From assembly GCA_020536535.1 (NCBI GenBank), contig JAHLWZ010000211.1, positions 1-36,197 on the forward strand: a stretch of DNA of 36,197 nucleotides, given 5' to 3'. The notes under the pieces were generated by a model. The model had not been told where the DNA came from. It saw only the letters and a list, made by a program, of their open reading frames with translations, and searched no databases. The DNA is from Pelomyxa schiedti (lineage: Eukaryota; Protista; Evosea). This document shows positions 10,154-23,497 of the stretch, in pieces; position 1 is the first letter of the stretch, and each line of letters begins with the position of its first letter. A program made the position numbers and the translations under genes.

Positions 10154-13100
10154 ATGAACGCCATCTGTAAGTTATTCGGTGCCACCGGTGGGTCACCGCC
10201 CAATCCCAACGGCGACACCAACACCCCGCCGCCGTCGGCGACCCCGCAGGCGCCACCCATAATCCCGCCCACGAACACCGACGCCCCCGCAACAAACACC
10301 CCACAAACCGCCGAAGAAATCAGAGCCCGGAGGCTAGCCAGATTCCAGCAGCAGCAACCTCCCACAAGTGCATTACAACCTTCTTCTCCATATTCGGTAT
10401 CAACATCTCCATCACCATCACCTACTCATCAGACGCCCAACGGCGATCATGGGATGACATGCGGTGCTTCCCCCTCACAAATGTCGCCACTCCCACAATC
10501 CCTATCGGCGGCCGCGCCCCGGACGCCATCACCACCCTCCTCCCCGTCATCATCTTCTTCTTTGTCTAATATTAGATCCACACCACAGCAGCCAACGAAA
10601 TCCACATCACCAACTTCTCCATCATCAACATCAACATCAACAACACCACCATCAACAACAGGATTGAGGGCTGACAACGACGTGGAGATGACTGAGGCTG
10701 ATATACTGGCCAGGCTCAATTTCCTCTCCTCGTTGGAACGCCGCGCTAATCCTACTGTTGCTCCTGCTGCTCATGTCAATGCTAATTCTAATGTCACTGC
10801 CACAACCTGTCAAACCCAAACCGGTGGCTTGGAAGTGCATCGGCAGCCGGCGATGCCGGAGAAGAAGATTCCAAGAACCTACGAGGATTCTCCCGCTACC
10901 GGCGCCACTGTGAGAACACAGCCGCCGCCCGCGAAATGCACCTCACCGCCGGCCAGGTCAAATACTCCCCCCAATTCCACCGGCGGGGCTTCTGGGGGTT
11001 CCTCTATACCTTGGGATGACCTACTGGTGGCAAGGGTCATGCGAGTTTCTCTGCGGCCGCTGCCGCCGTCGAACGGAATTGTAAGTGGCAACATTCCCCT
11101 GGGGCCTTTCTTATTATTAGTATTATTATTATTATTATTATTCTTATTGGCAAGAAAACTTTTCCTTGACCTGAGAAACCAGGACAACTTCTCTCAAGTG
11201 CTTGTACTCGACAACGTGGCTTATCCAGATGGTGGGTACACAAGAGAAATATTGGACACTATTGTAGTTGAGTGGATAAGTGGATTCCATCATGTAAGGT
11301 GATTCAATTCGCTTTGTGGTCTGATTGGTTTTTTCTTTTTTTTTTTGTTCAAGAAACAAACTCCGTTTTCATATATTCTTGGATGCTTTGAGCGTGCTTT
11401 CATAGACAAAAAACTGTCTTTCACAATAACAAAGGTATTTTATCTCGGAGGCCCAAAATAAAACCTGCATTGACCCTAACTAGGTCCCTCAAGCCAAACA
11501 GCAGAATTATCTCCTTATCCTGACCACTATTACTGATCTTCTATGTAGTTATATCGCCACTCTACTTTCAAATCCAGATTTATTTGAGAATCCCGACTTC
11601 ATGTATGAGGACCACTCTCATTTCATTTTGAAAGCACTATTCCAACATTTAAGCCAGCGAGATTCCTCGTGGTCAACAAATCGTTGACCTATTTCTGAAT
11701 AATTCTACTGAACTCCCTAATCATTTATTACAAATGTTAATCACGAAATTTCCAACCCAAGAATCACTCAACTCTGTGAGTACATCGGCTTTTATCCTCT
11801 AGGTTTTTTACATAGTAAAAAGATTTTTGCTCCGATTTTTGAAGCCTTGTATACAACTATGTGCACAACAACAATAAACAGCCCCAAATTCCTTCCTCCC
11901 ATACAAGTTCGTTGGTTTTTTATCTATTTGTAGATTAATTTTTTCCAGATATTAGCGCAATTAACATGCTCTTCATCCCTTGTCAACGTGGTTTGTCTCT
12001 TCACCTTTTGTTTTGGCATCAAGCTCAACAATACTGCAAAAGATGACTGGGTTACCACGTTGGATACCTTCAAAAACACCTTTGACAGGGACAATTTTAG
12101 AGAAAGAATCTTTCCTGGGGCCTTTCTTTTCAGTTTCTATGTTTTCGGCAAATGTACCTTTTTTCCCGCAGTATTCTTTCAAAATTGACAGGAGAAATCA
12201 GGAAGATCAGTTGAAACAGTTTTTCCCGTACCCTCTAAATGGGAGGAGTGGTCCTTCCATGGATACAATACGCTCCTGCGCTTCCCACATAATTGTATGT
12301 ATCTGCGGCTGCTTGTGCATATTCTTCACAGTTGACATTTCTTACTAGTCTGTACTGTGGGATGTTGTTAAAAATATTCTCAAAGTGAACAAAGAACCTC
12401 TCCTCAATTGGTTTGCGGCAGTGCTTACAGCAAATACAGCGAGGACCAAAATAAATGTACATTTGTGTTGAACCACAAAGCATTTAATCACGCCAAGGTA
12501 CCTGAAGACGTAAGCAGTGATGGCTTGATGATGAACCTGAGTGGGGTGTTACTGTGCTTGGTGGAACCACTCATGGACACAGAAAGAGCGTTTTTCTTTG
12601 ACCCCTATTATGTTACACATGGAAAGAGAATAGACTTCTCAAATGTCATCCTCCCACCTCTGGATATTTTCTTTCACTCACTTCTCAAATCAGGAAACGA
12701 AACTAGCAGCATCACAAAGTGAAGTTGCCAACTGGGTGGACCCACGCAATGCCTCCCGCCAAGCGCACTATGAACAATCCCTGAAAACTATTCAACCTCT
12801 CCAAGTTATTGAAGAGACTTCCACAGAAGAAGGTTTTTCTCCATTAGCAATTCTTCCAGTTTCCAACATAAATGGCCAGTTCCCAAGTCTTTCAAACCAA
12901 CAACTGAGTACTTCTTCCTCACCCTGAGGAGCATGCAACTTGGATTCCTATCGACATGGTTTTCTCACAAGAAGTTGGCATCTGGTATTGGGGTAGACTC
13001 TTGTTAATTCCCAGTGCCAAGTCACTGAATTTATTTGTAGGATCACAAATCGTTGATGAACTCAATGGCTGAAACCAGATCCACATGGAATATGGTAGGT

Positions 13101-15288
13101 TAGACATCAAAGTTGGGGAGTTACTCACTTCCAGTACAGACTCCAGAGGGCTCCCTTAGAGAACAAGAATTAATGCGCGTTACAGTGTGCAGGAAAGAAA
13201 TAAAACAACGAAACTCATGCAGTTTCAGGACCTGGTTGAACGTGGAACACGCAGACTCTTCTCTGAGAATGCACAACTGACAGAATCGGATTTTGTTGTT
13301 AGATCCATCCGGTTCTTCAACTTGGTGGCTCACTGGATGTTATCTATCGTTGCTCCTGGAGGTCCTTGGTAAATAATAGTCTCCTAATAAATTCTCTATC
13401 GGCTTACTCTCTGAAGCGTGCCATTACCAATTTCTGTTCCAATGAAATTTGCTGCCCTCCCGGAATTCTTCATTGAAGCGATGTTTGAATACCTCAAGTT
13501 TCTTTTACAGTGTGTTCAATATCCTCTTGCTTCCATCTTTAAAATTAATGTTGTGTTTTAGGGCCGCCTATAACACAGTTGGTCAAATTTCCTGGTCCAA
13601 GTCCTCCATAATTGATTCACTTGTGTGCTTTCTGGGAAGCCCAAATTACATCCGGAACCCTTATTTGAGAAGCAAGTTTGTTCAGGTAACTAGAGAGTCT
13701 ACTAGTTACTAGAAGAAATTCCTCATGCATTTTTCAGGTTTTAGGGGAACTGACCCAGACCAAAATCCAGTTTGGAGGATCCAAGAGTGTTGCAGATATT
13801 GTTTTCAGTGAAAACGTGCTGGCAAAGAACTTTCTTGTGAAATCATTATTGAAGTTTTACGTGGACATAGAATTCACTGGCAGTAAGTGGAATTTGTACT
13901 TCTTGTCTTTCAGCTTATCCCCCGAATCTTCAGCACACACTCAGTTTTATGATAAGTTCAACTGGAGATTCGATGTACAAATAATCCTTGCTTATCTGTG
14001 GGGAATCCCACACTTCAAAGCTTCAATCATCCAGGAGACACAAAGGTAAACCGATCTTAACAACTTAAACCTAACAACAACCAAAGAGAGACAGAATTGA
14101 TGAGCAAATTTGCACAGTATGTTGTCAATGATACAAACTTCCTCCTAGATGAGGCATTGTCCAAACTCTCTGTTGTGCAATCACTACGAGATCAAATGCA
14201 AGATAGGGCGGAATGGTTATCTCTGGAGCCTGTGAGCTTGTCTAATCAGCTGCAACAAACCTCTAACACACCCAGGGTGTACGGCGAGACAAGGAAGGGG
14301 AACTACGGCATACTGAAGATCTTGTAAGGCACTATTTTACACAGTCTAATTCGTCAGTGCACATGCTCCACTTCATGTCTAAGGTTAGGCTTGCTGTAAC
14401 TACAAGTCCTTCTCATTGCGCAGTCGATCATAGAACCTTTTGTTGGGAACATCGTAGTCGATGGAGTTGCTTCCATGCTAAACTATTTCCTGGTCACACT
14501 TATTGGGCCAAATGCATTGAGCCTCAATGTGCATTTCTTTTTTTCGTGGCGGAACTAATGATCGGCAACAGATATCTGATCCGGAAAGGTACAACTTTAA
14601 TCCCAAACTCCTCTTGGACCGTATAGTGGATGTGTACATCTCTTTGGGTGTACATCCTAACTTCCCCAAGTATATAAGCCTGCCCCATACTTTGCAATTT
14701 CTTTTCTTACACATCCACAAGGGCAATGGGAACAGACACCCGATCCTACACCCCTGATGCCTTCGAAAGTGCACTGGAGTATTTAAGACAAAACCGGCTG
14801 AAATCAACCGTTACCTAGCCCAACTTTTTGTAACATTTTCCGCTAATTTTAAGTTAGGACGACCTGGAAAAGTTTCAGCAGTTGATATCAAAAGCTCAAC
14901 AGCACTACTTACAGGAACAGGGAAAGGAATCCCTCCTCGGAGAAATTCCCGACGAATTCCAGGGTAAAATAATTAATCTCCACACTCCACCTAACCTTGC
15001 AAAAAGACCCCTTGACTTTCACACTGATGTGGAACCCGGTAATTCTGCCAACCAGCAAAACAACAGTAGACAGAGCGGTTATAACAAGGTTACATAAACC
15101 GCCGGTAACAGCAAACCCAACTAAAACCGTTTGAAAACAGGCACCTTCTATCTGATTCCACGGACCCATTCAATAGGGAACCACTTACCATTGACCAGGT
15201 GATACCCAACACAGAGCTCAAGAAGAAAATCGATGCTTTTGTAGAAGAACGGCTCCGGGCCAGCAGGACTCAACCAAATAACCCTTAA
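10154..15288 (+). CDS. UBE4B: Ubiquitin conjugation factor E4 B / Ufd2 (U-box E3/E4 ligase), multi-exon
   Basis: N-terminal [13 protein letters not shown] motif. Ufd2 core exons ([88 protein letters not shown]). C-terminal U-box [53 protein letters not shown] at 15286-15288. Confidence 0.93.
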
Positions 15289-15501
15289 CAAATAACAAGT
15301 AACAACAGCACCTTCACCTCACACAACAAACCTCCCCACCACTCAGGTGTACTCCTACCGGCAATAGGAAACTCGATAACTTTTTTTTGGAAAAAATAGA
15401 AATTTAAAAATTCAAAATTCCTATCTTCCAATAACAAGCAGTTGCACGCCGGCTAATTAATAAATTAAAAAACCCAGGAGCTACACCACTACCCGGCGCA
15501 G

Positions 15502-16569
15502 ATGTCGTTCGCATTTTGGGGTGTGCATTGCGTTTTGTATTATTAATTTGCGATCTTCTTGTGCACATGCAGACGACGTCCTATTTACACTGTTTAAAAC
15601 AAAGGTGAGAGGATAAGCAACACAAAAAAGACATCACATCTACCGGAGTCATGTGCTTTGCACATCACTAATGTTTGTTCTGTTATTGCATTTGCTTTAC
15701 GTTGACACCTGCCCGGCAGATCGCACTCGTCAGGGGAGTTAATGGAACACCATCGCAGTTCTCCGTTAGCATTGATGATGAGGCTCCACTTATTGTGTGC
15801 ACCTTAGATGCAAACCGGACCCATTGCTCTGTTGATGTTAAAATTCACGCCAGTGCCGACATTTCTCTCAACGCTTCTGGACCCGGAGGTTGCGTTCTTC
15901 CTTTTTCGTTAACCTTTCTAACGTCGAGAAGAGTTCCACGTTGTTGGAATGCTACACGACCAGGGCACTCCTTTTGACTTTGATGAAGATGAGGATTCAG
16001 GTTTTTTTCGTACTTTATTGGTTACTGTCATTCTGACTTGCTCAAAGAGGAGGGAGAGGATGACGATGAAGAGGAAGAGGAAGAGGGAGATGAAAGTGCT
16101 GAACCAGAGGAACCAAAACCGAAAGTAGTGACACCAAAGCCAGAGGCGCCAAAACCAAAAGCAGAAGCCCCCAAGAAGCCAGAAGTACCAAAAGCGGAGG
16201 CAACAAAGCCAGAAGCTCCCAAAGCCGGCAAAAAAGCAAAAAAAGACAAGCCAGCTCCCCCCAAGGCCGATGAGCCCAAGAAAGAAGTACCAAAGAAGGA
16301 GGCACCCAAGAAGCGCGCAGGTGCCAAGAAGGCGGCAGAACCCGCCGAGCCAGAGGAGAAGCTCGCTGGCAAAAAGAGAGCCGCTGATGCCCCAGCCAAA
16401 GTATCCACAGAAGCAGCACCTGCCGCCAAGCCCATGGCATGCCCGGTTTGAGCCCCAACCCCCTTACGTTAACATTTTACTTACCCCTATCTTGCAGGAA
16501 TGCGGCCGCAAGTTCGGGATCCAAGAAGCACTTGACAGCCACATGCGATCCAAACACAAAAAGGAATAG
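15502..16569 (+). CDS. HD-tuin (HD2/HDT)-like protein: nucleoplasmin-like domain + acidic tract + K/P/E/A-rich region + C-terminal C2H2 zinc finger (~264 aa, 6 exons)
   Basis: join(15502..15520,15605..15672,15720..15888,15932..16000,16048..16445,16498..16569), all GT-AG and phase-consistent. Translation: MSFAFWGERISN...ALHITNIALV...PLIVCTLDAN...SGPGEFHVVGM...DEDEDSEEGEDDDEEEEEE...KPMACPECGRKFGIQEALDSHMRSKHKKE*. Confidence 0.8.
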
Positions 16570-16776
16570 AACACCAACAAACACAACACAAACCCCTTTC
16601 CCAAAGGGTCACAAGTACTAGGAAGTATAATGAAATAGCATTGGTCCACCAATCCAAGCCCTTTGTTTCACCCACACTAGTAGTTCTAGGAAATGCATCA
16701 CGCCATCAGTTTTTAATCATCTATTTTCTTGCGCTGAGGTGTGTCGAACAACACATAATAACGAAGTGAGGGGAGA

Positions 16777-18333
16777 ATGAACGGTGCAGCGACGCGTGGG
16801 ATGAAGCTGGACGACAATGTTGTGAGATCTATGGCCCGTGCAAAAGTTTTCAAGGAGAATGTACGCGCAGTTTAATCGTCGCCTAACCGTGTCCGACGCT
16901 ATTTTTTTTTCTTCCTTTTTGGGTTGTTTTTTTTTATTACTTTTATTTTCTAGTCGTTGTAGGTAGATATACACGTATATTTTGTTTTCCTTTTTTTTAT
17001 GAAGGAGTAAACTTTGAAGGTGGCGCCAATCAATTCAGTTGACTTCACGACCTCTGGTGACTGGGCAGTAACAACCAGCGACGACGATAGCATTAGGGTT
17101 TACAATTGTCTTGCTGGAACGTGAGTTTAAACGAACGCCTTTCCTTGCTTGTGATCTCACAATGCAAAAGTTTACACAGAACATTATACAGCAAAAAGTA
17201 CGGCTGCTCTACAGCGAGATTTACACATCATTCCAATAACATTATCTATGCATCGAAAAATGGCTGGGATGGTATTCAACTACTTTCGTATCACCCCAAT
17301 CTCAAACAAACAACTGCGCAAATAATACAATCTCATCCTTCTCAAGAGACCATTCGATATCACTCACTTCATGACAACCGCTATCTCATGTATTTCAAAG
17401 GGCACAGAGAAAGGTTTACTTTTTCTTTATTTTAGCTGCTAAAAGTAACTGATTTTCAGTGTGGTTTCCCTTTCCATGTCTCCTAGTAATGATACATTCT
17501 TAAGTGGTTCTGTGGATAAAACTGTAAGAATGTGGGACCTCCGTACACCATTGTGCCAGGTTTGACTCAAGTCTAGCATCTTCCTTCAACTCATATTAGC
17601 AGGGGCTATTACGGTCCACAGGTCCACCAGCAGTAGCATATGACCCAGATGGCCTTGTATTTGCTGTTAGTTACAGCAATGCAATGCGGCTATATGACCC
17701 CCGTTCGTTTGATAATGTTTTTTTCTTTATATTACTTCTACCAACCATATTTAACACAATTGTGCAGGGCCCGTTTGCCACATTTATAATAGAAGGGCCT
17801 AGATTTGAAAGTTCTCACATAAAGTTCAGCCCCGACGGAAAGAACCTCCTATTAGCAACAAACGAAAAGCTTGTCGTTGTTTTAGATGCCTTCAATGGCG
17901 ATCAAGTACACAACACACCCCTCCACTCCACAACTCAGTTGAATAACCTTCTTATAGAGACACACTTTTACCAACTTGACCAATAACTACAGTATTATAC
18001 AAGAGGCTTCCTGGAGCCCGGACTCTCAATATATCTTAGCCGGTACAATCTGAACCTCCCAAAACAAATTACAATCCCCTCCGATCCTCACAAACACCCC
18101 CGCACCCAATACAAACAACATACTAATACCCACCACAAGGATCCTCCGACGGAACCATACACGTGTGGAGTGTTATCACTGGCAATGAAGTTGCGGTGTG
18201 GGAGGGCCACCCTGGCCCCGTCTCGGTAGTCAAATGGTCACCCCGCGCCTCACTAGTAGCTAGTGGATGCACAAACCTTGTACTGTGGCTTCCAACCCCA
18301 CCCACTTCTGACCAACAACAGCAACATACATAA
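16777..18333 (+). CDS. WDR82: WD40 protein WDR82/Swd2 (COMPASS and PP1/termination complex subunit), multi-exon
   Basis: [20 protein letters not shown] (ATG 16801; upstream in-frame ATG 16777), [108 protein letters not shown] at 18331-18333. Confidence 0.93.
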
Positions 18334-18462
18334 TACATTCCACTATGACACCAAAATGGGGAAAAAGGGGAACAAACCAGAAAACTATGAATTGTCCTGC
18401 CCACCTTTGTGATCCATTTTTAGTGGTTTGGGTTAAAACAATGTATCAGATTTTTAGTTGTG

Positions 18463-19570
18463 TCAGGAAAATTTGATTGGATAGGGGGTGACATTGGGCG
18501 CGGGTTGTGGTGCATTGAATGAGTGTTCCTCTTTGCACTGCAGGACCCCTGTACCCTGCAGCAACGATGCATCTTCCAGTGTTCTTCCTTGAATAGTGTT
18601 GCACGGAGTGTCGAAGTCGGAGCTGCAAAACACATATCGAAGGCTGTCCTCCTTGGAAAAGACAACCAGATGTGAAGGGGGGTATGTAAACTCCACTGTG
18701 TATTGTGAGGGAAGCTTCTTCTCCTTCTTGGTGACAGTGTTGTACACTGAACAAGGCTCTTCACTGGTGGGAAGTTGGGGATAATTGACCATGAGCATTT
18801 CATCAGGGGAAACCCATAGCAGATCAAGAGCACCTGGAAGATTGCAGATAATTGCACTTCTTGCTGTCATAATTGAGTGACAAGCAAAGGTCTGAGGCAA
18901 GTCAAAAAACATCACATTGTAGAAGTTCTCGAGCCCATAAGTGAGAGCCAACACATTCCCATCACCGGGTAGAAACACGGCTTGGCAAATCCTGCCCCAA
19001 AGAAACTGGAGGTCCACAGTAACTCCGGGAAACTTCTCATCTTTTCTATCTTCCACAAATCAAAGCTTCTTGTACACAACAGATCAGCCACTTAGAATTT
19101 GACTGGGGTTTCAGTCTGAGGGAACTGTCATGATAGAGTCTCTTGTACAACTGGCCGTGACTGTCCATGAGCCAAGTGTCCTGAGAGGAGAGCAACACCA
19201 CAAACCTGCCACTCTCCCCGATTTTAGAGATTGTACGAAGGTCGTACGTCCTCCAGGCGCGGCAACTCACCACACCCATTGTGGGAGACAGGCCCAGGTA
19301 GACACAGAGATCCAAAAAGCCAGTCACCTTCCGGAACCGAACATTGTTGATGAGCTTCGCGGCGTGCCTGGTGACCCTAACAACCCAGTTCATACCCAGT
19401 CCCACAATGACCGACGGCGGCAGCGCCCTCAAAGCACTTCGGTACCCACACCTCTCGACGAACACACCACACGCAACGGCGACGAACTGCGCCCTCGCGT
19501 CGATGGCGGGGCCAACACTCATACAAACGTCGCACTCGGCCACTACTTCGCTGTCTTGTGGGCCAATCAT
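18463..19570 (-). pseudogene. Orphan 'ARxQ' family copy 3, frameshifted near 19040-19060
   Basis: IDARAQFVAVACGVFVERCGYRSALRALPPSVIVGLGMNWVV...LGLSPTMGVV...SNSKWLI then a stop at 19046. The family 'WKIE' motif is in a second frame and the remainder (DEKFPGVTVDL...FDLPQTF...) in a third. Confidence 0.65.
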
Positions 19571-19768
19571 TTTCCTGGGAAAACGCCCCCTCTTCCCGTG
19601 GATGCCCACGGGAAGCAAAAAAAAGTGTTTCCCGGCCAACACTGGTCTGATTGCCTATACAAATCCGCTTCCAATCGCCATGCAATTAAATTTTGCTCTG
19701 AGTCCATGGTTGGTGTTGTCGGCTTGCCTGGACTGTGGTAGTGCTTTACGGTGCGTAGTTGGTTGCTA

Positions 19769-22700
19769 TTATGTATTGTGGGTGCGTGACCAATAAGCGG
19801 TGTACTGTTGTGATATTTGTGGTAGGTTTGCGGGAATTGAAGGGATTGGTTCCGGTTTCGTCATTCCGGTATGTGCTGTTTTGTGGTTAGGCAAGGCGCG
19901 GCCGGTTTATTTAATAAAGGGGGAGAGCGTACGAACCCAGAGTTTTCAAAAGGGAGTCCAGTCTAAGCTTGGAATCGAATGCGGTGTCAATTACTTGTAG
20001 ACTGAGCTCGAACAGGTCCGTTTTGGTTGGGATGTGGTTGGACTCAAGCCGGTTACTGAGAAACTGGATTGGAATGAGTCCGGTTGTGTGGAATTTGTCA
20101 GAGAGAAGATAACGAACCTCCATATATTCAGTCGAATATTCACAGATGGAGGCCAGTACAGTGGCATTGCGGGAGGTGGAATACAAAAGAGAGTTGAATC
20201 TTTGTAAATCCTTTTGGGCTGTAGCCATGTTGAGAAATGCGGAAAGGGAAAAAATGTTCAGACCTTTAATTTCATGTGTTTTTTGTATCTTGCAAGATAA
20301 ATCAATTTCCTTTATGCTTTCTTCCAACGAGCTGAATTTAGCAGATAAATGCCGATACTCACTTGCAATTGTAGACTGGTGCTCCTTTACATTATATGCA
20401 GACACTTCTCTTTTGTACCTGAAGAGCTGGAATTTGTTATTACAATGGAAACGATTTTTGGCCGCACCTTCTGAATTTTGTCCACTAGATCTGGTTCCAA
20501 TCGTGTCTTTCTTCCTGGAAATGCTTTGGGGACCCAAGGTTGGGTGTGAGGAGGTTCGGTGCCTTTTGACGGTTCAACTGCGACTGGTGTAGTGTAAGGG
20601 AGAAGTGGAGATGGCCCTTCTAGGGTTGGTGTTGGTGTTGGTGTAATTGGGGGAGTAATATCTTGGGATAGCTGGCTGGTTGTGCCAGGCGGCTTGGCTG
20701 CGGGTGGAATTACTATTTGAGGTGAAGGCATTGCAACTGGGGTAATTTTATTTGTCTCAATTTTGATGGGAGTAGTAGGAATTGGAGTTCGGTTTTCGAT
20801 ACTTGGGGATGCTGTTGGTGCAGTGGTTACTGGAGGGGTTGCTGTTCGGGGTAGTCCAGGAGACTTGGAGTTAAGGGCGGGAGGTTGCTGGAACCGAGCT
20901 TTAATTGCTTCAAAAGATTCATTAGTTTGGTTGGTGAGCCCACTAGAGCGAGCAGTAGTTGGAGTGGAAAGAATACTTGGTGTAGGTGAAGACAGAGGAT
21001 TTTTAGATGGGGTCACGGGTGCTGTCACAGTTGTTGAATTTTCTGAGGGGGTTGGAGGTGGCAAAGGAGGGAGGGATAATTTTTGTTTTTCCTCAATTTG
21101 CGTCGTACTTATGCTCTTTGGAGTGAATAACGGGAAACTGCTTTGCGTACCTGAAAACACAGGGATTGTGTCTGGGGTAGAGGATTTGGAAGTGGACTGC
21201 TGGTCTTTTTTCTGTTTTGTGGCAAAGGGGTTTGTTGCCTCGGGAAGGCTTTCCAGGGAATCCACACTGGGCAATTTAAAATCGAAGGATCCTGAAGAGC
21301 CTGAAGAAAAGGAAAGTGGAACTGCGGGCAGAGGTAACGTGTCTGGTACTTTTGGAGCTGGTAAAGGGGGACCTTGCGGTTGAAATATTGAAGAGACCGG
21401 CGGTAGTTCGAATTTTGGTGAAGTGGCTGGTGGTTTTTCAGAGTGAACAGAGTCATGCTTCTTACTTGAGGTTGAAAAAGGGTCTGTTGTAATGGCAGGA
21501 AGACTGTCCAGTGCATCCTTTGTGGGAGCCGGAAAAGTGAAAGGGGTTGCTGTCACTTGAGGTTCAGTTGGAGTGAAACTGGAGTGTCCTGTAACAGGGG
21601 GAGATGCTGAGTTCAGCTTTTGGTTGGCTAATTTAGCTTGTGCTTTCAGTGGGAGACGGTGTTGCGTTTGGGGTGGTCTTGAGGATTCTTCATCAGCGGT
21701 GGTGGAAGGAGGTGCTTTTGTTTTCTTGGAATCAAAAATGGAGGACGGACTGTCAGACGAAGGGAGGGACGAAAGGGGATCGCTGTTAGCTGTGTCACTG
21801 AAGGAGAAAGATGGTATTGAGCTGAAGAGTGTTGGAGAGGGTGCTGTTGGTGAAGAAGTTGCAGGCGTCAGGCTTCTTGTGGAATCACTTGAAGCTGATA
21901 CTCCAATAACGTGTTGTGTGAGTTGCGTTGGGTTTGACTGGATAGGGACTAGAAATAGGCTTGGGCGCTCTTCAATTGGTTTTGGTGTGGTGAACAGGGG
22001 TGGTGAGGTTCCTTGTTGTTTGGCATCCGGGATTTTTTTCTCAAATATTTCCAATACAGGTGTTGCTGGTTTGTTCTGCGAGAAAAGTGATCCACTCCCA
22101 TTGAAAATCCCCAATGCCGGCCCCCCACTTACAACACCAGGGAATGCTGGACTGGTGCTGGAAGAAGTGGTTGTGGAATTGGAGGGTACTGGAGTAGGTG
22201 TAAATTGGAAGCTTGGTGGGGTGATGGGTGGCTGAGGTACCTTGAACACAGGAGATGGAGTGTCTTTTTTGGTTTGTGGGGAGTCAGATTTTGTACTCGT
22301 ACTGGGAATGGGTGCGAAAAGGATCGGCGCAGGCTCTTGTGGCTTGGCTACCTCGGTTTTCTTTTCGAACAGTGACAAAACAGGGGCTGTACCACTGGAG
22401 GGCTTGGCCGGAGATGACCCGGTTGTGTCCGCACCAAACACAGAACGAGAGCCGGATGAAGATGTAGTGATGGAACTGGTGGAAGAAGAAGAAGCGGAAG
22501 ACGGCGGAGCAAAGCCAAGTGCAGCCGGCGGGGCATTCTGGAACATTCCAGCGAAAGGGTTCACGGCCGTTTTAGCGGCGGCTGCCGGCTGCCCAGTAGA
22601 GAAGAAGTTGGTGGCCGCGCCAAAATCACCCGCTCCACTGCTACTGCTGCCCGACGTCCGGCTTGCATCCCCACTTCCGCCAAACACACTCCTACCACCA

Positions 22701-23497
22701 AAAACACTCCCTGAATTCCCGCCGCCGCCGCCGCCACCACTTCCAGATGATGATGGTGATGATGATGACGATACTGCCGGTGCAGAACCAAAAGTGCTCT
22801 TTCCAGAACCAGAAGCAGGACTCCCCAAACCACCAAAAATACTTCCCGAGCCGCTGCCGCCGCCGCCGCTTCCCGGCCCCGCCGTCGCCGTCGCGCTCCC
22901 TCCCACCACCCCCACCGACGGCGACGCCTTCCTCTCGAACAGGTTCCCCACCACATCGCCCAGCTTTGGCGGGGCGAACAGGACCATCGGCGCAGCCTGC
23001 TTCCCCTGCTGCTGCTGCTGCTTCTGCGGCGTGGTCGTAGTCGTCCTGCTGCTACTTCCGCTGCCGCTGCTCTTCCCCTTCCCGGCGAACATGCTCCCCT
23101 CTACCCCGCCTCCTCCCCACCCCCCCACGCCGCCGCCCTCCTCCTCTGCATCTGCATCTGCGTCTCCCCCTCCCCCTCCCCCGCCTCCTCCTCCTCGGTC
23201 TCGGTGTTCGTTGTACTCCCTCAGTGCCCGCAGATCCTCTTCCTCGTCCTCGTCCTCCTCTTCCTCCTCTTGGTCGTCGTCGTCTCTGCGTTCGCCGCCG
23301 CTGCCGTCGTCTTCGCCGTCGTCGCCTGGGTCGCCTTGCCCGCGGTCGTCGTAGTCGCTGCCACTTCCGTTCGGGTCGTCCTGGCCCTCGTAGTCACCTC
23401 CGTCGTCGTAATCGTCGTCGTTCTCCTCGCTGCCGCTGCCGTTTGGGTCGTCGGGCTTTGGTGGGCACCCTGCCGGTGGTCCCTGGTGCCGCCACAT
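19769..23497 (-). CDS. Large low-complexity protein (acidic N-terminus, FG-like motifs, P/S/T-rich region, helical C-terminal domain); possible FG nucleoporin
   Basis: 1010-codon first exon from ATG 23497 with SIFGG, STFGS, SVFGG (x2), DFGA, SVFGA and NPFA. A phase-0 41-nt GT-AG intron (20427-20467) joins it to the 19911-20537 frame, which is coiled-coil-like (EYRHLSAKFSSLEESIKEID). A probable last exon follows a ctaac...acag acceptor near 19880. The 3' end is approximate. Confidence 0.6.

Noticed and set aside
15502-18333. Functional clustering of chromatin genes (HD-tuin-like + WDR82) or of ubiquitin genes
   Set aside because: Adjacency in a compact eukaryotic genome is not evidence of a system without conserved synteny.
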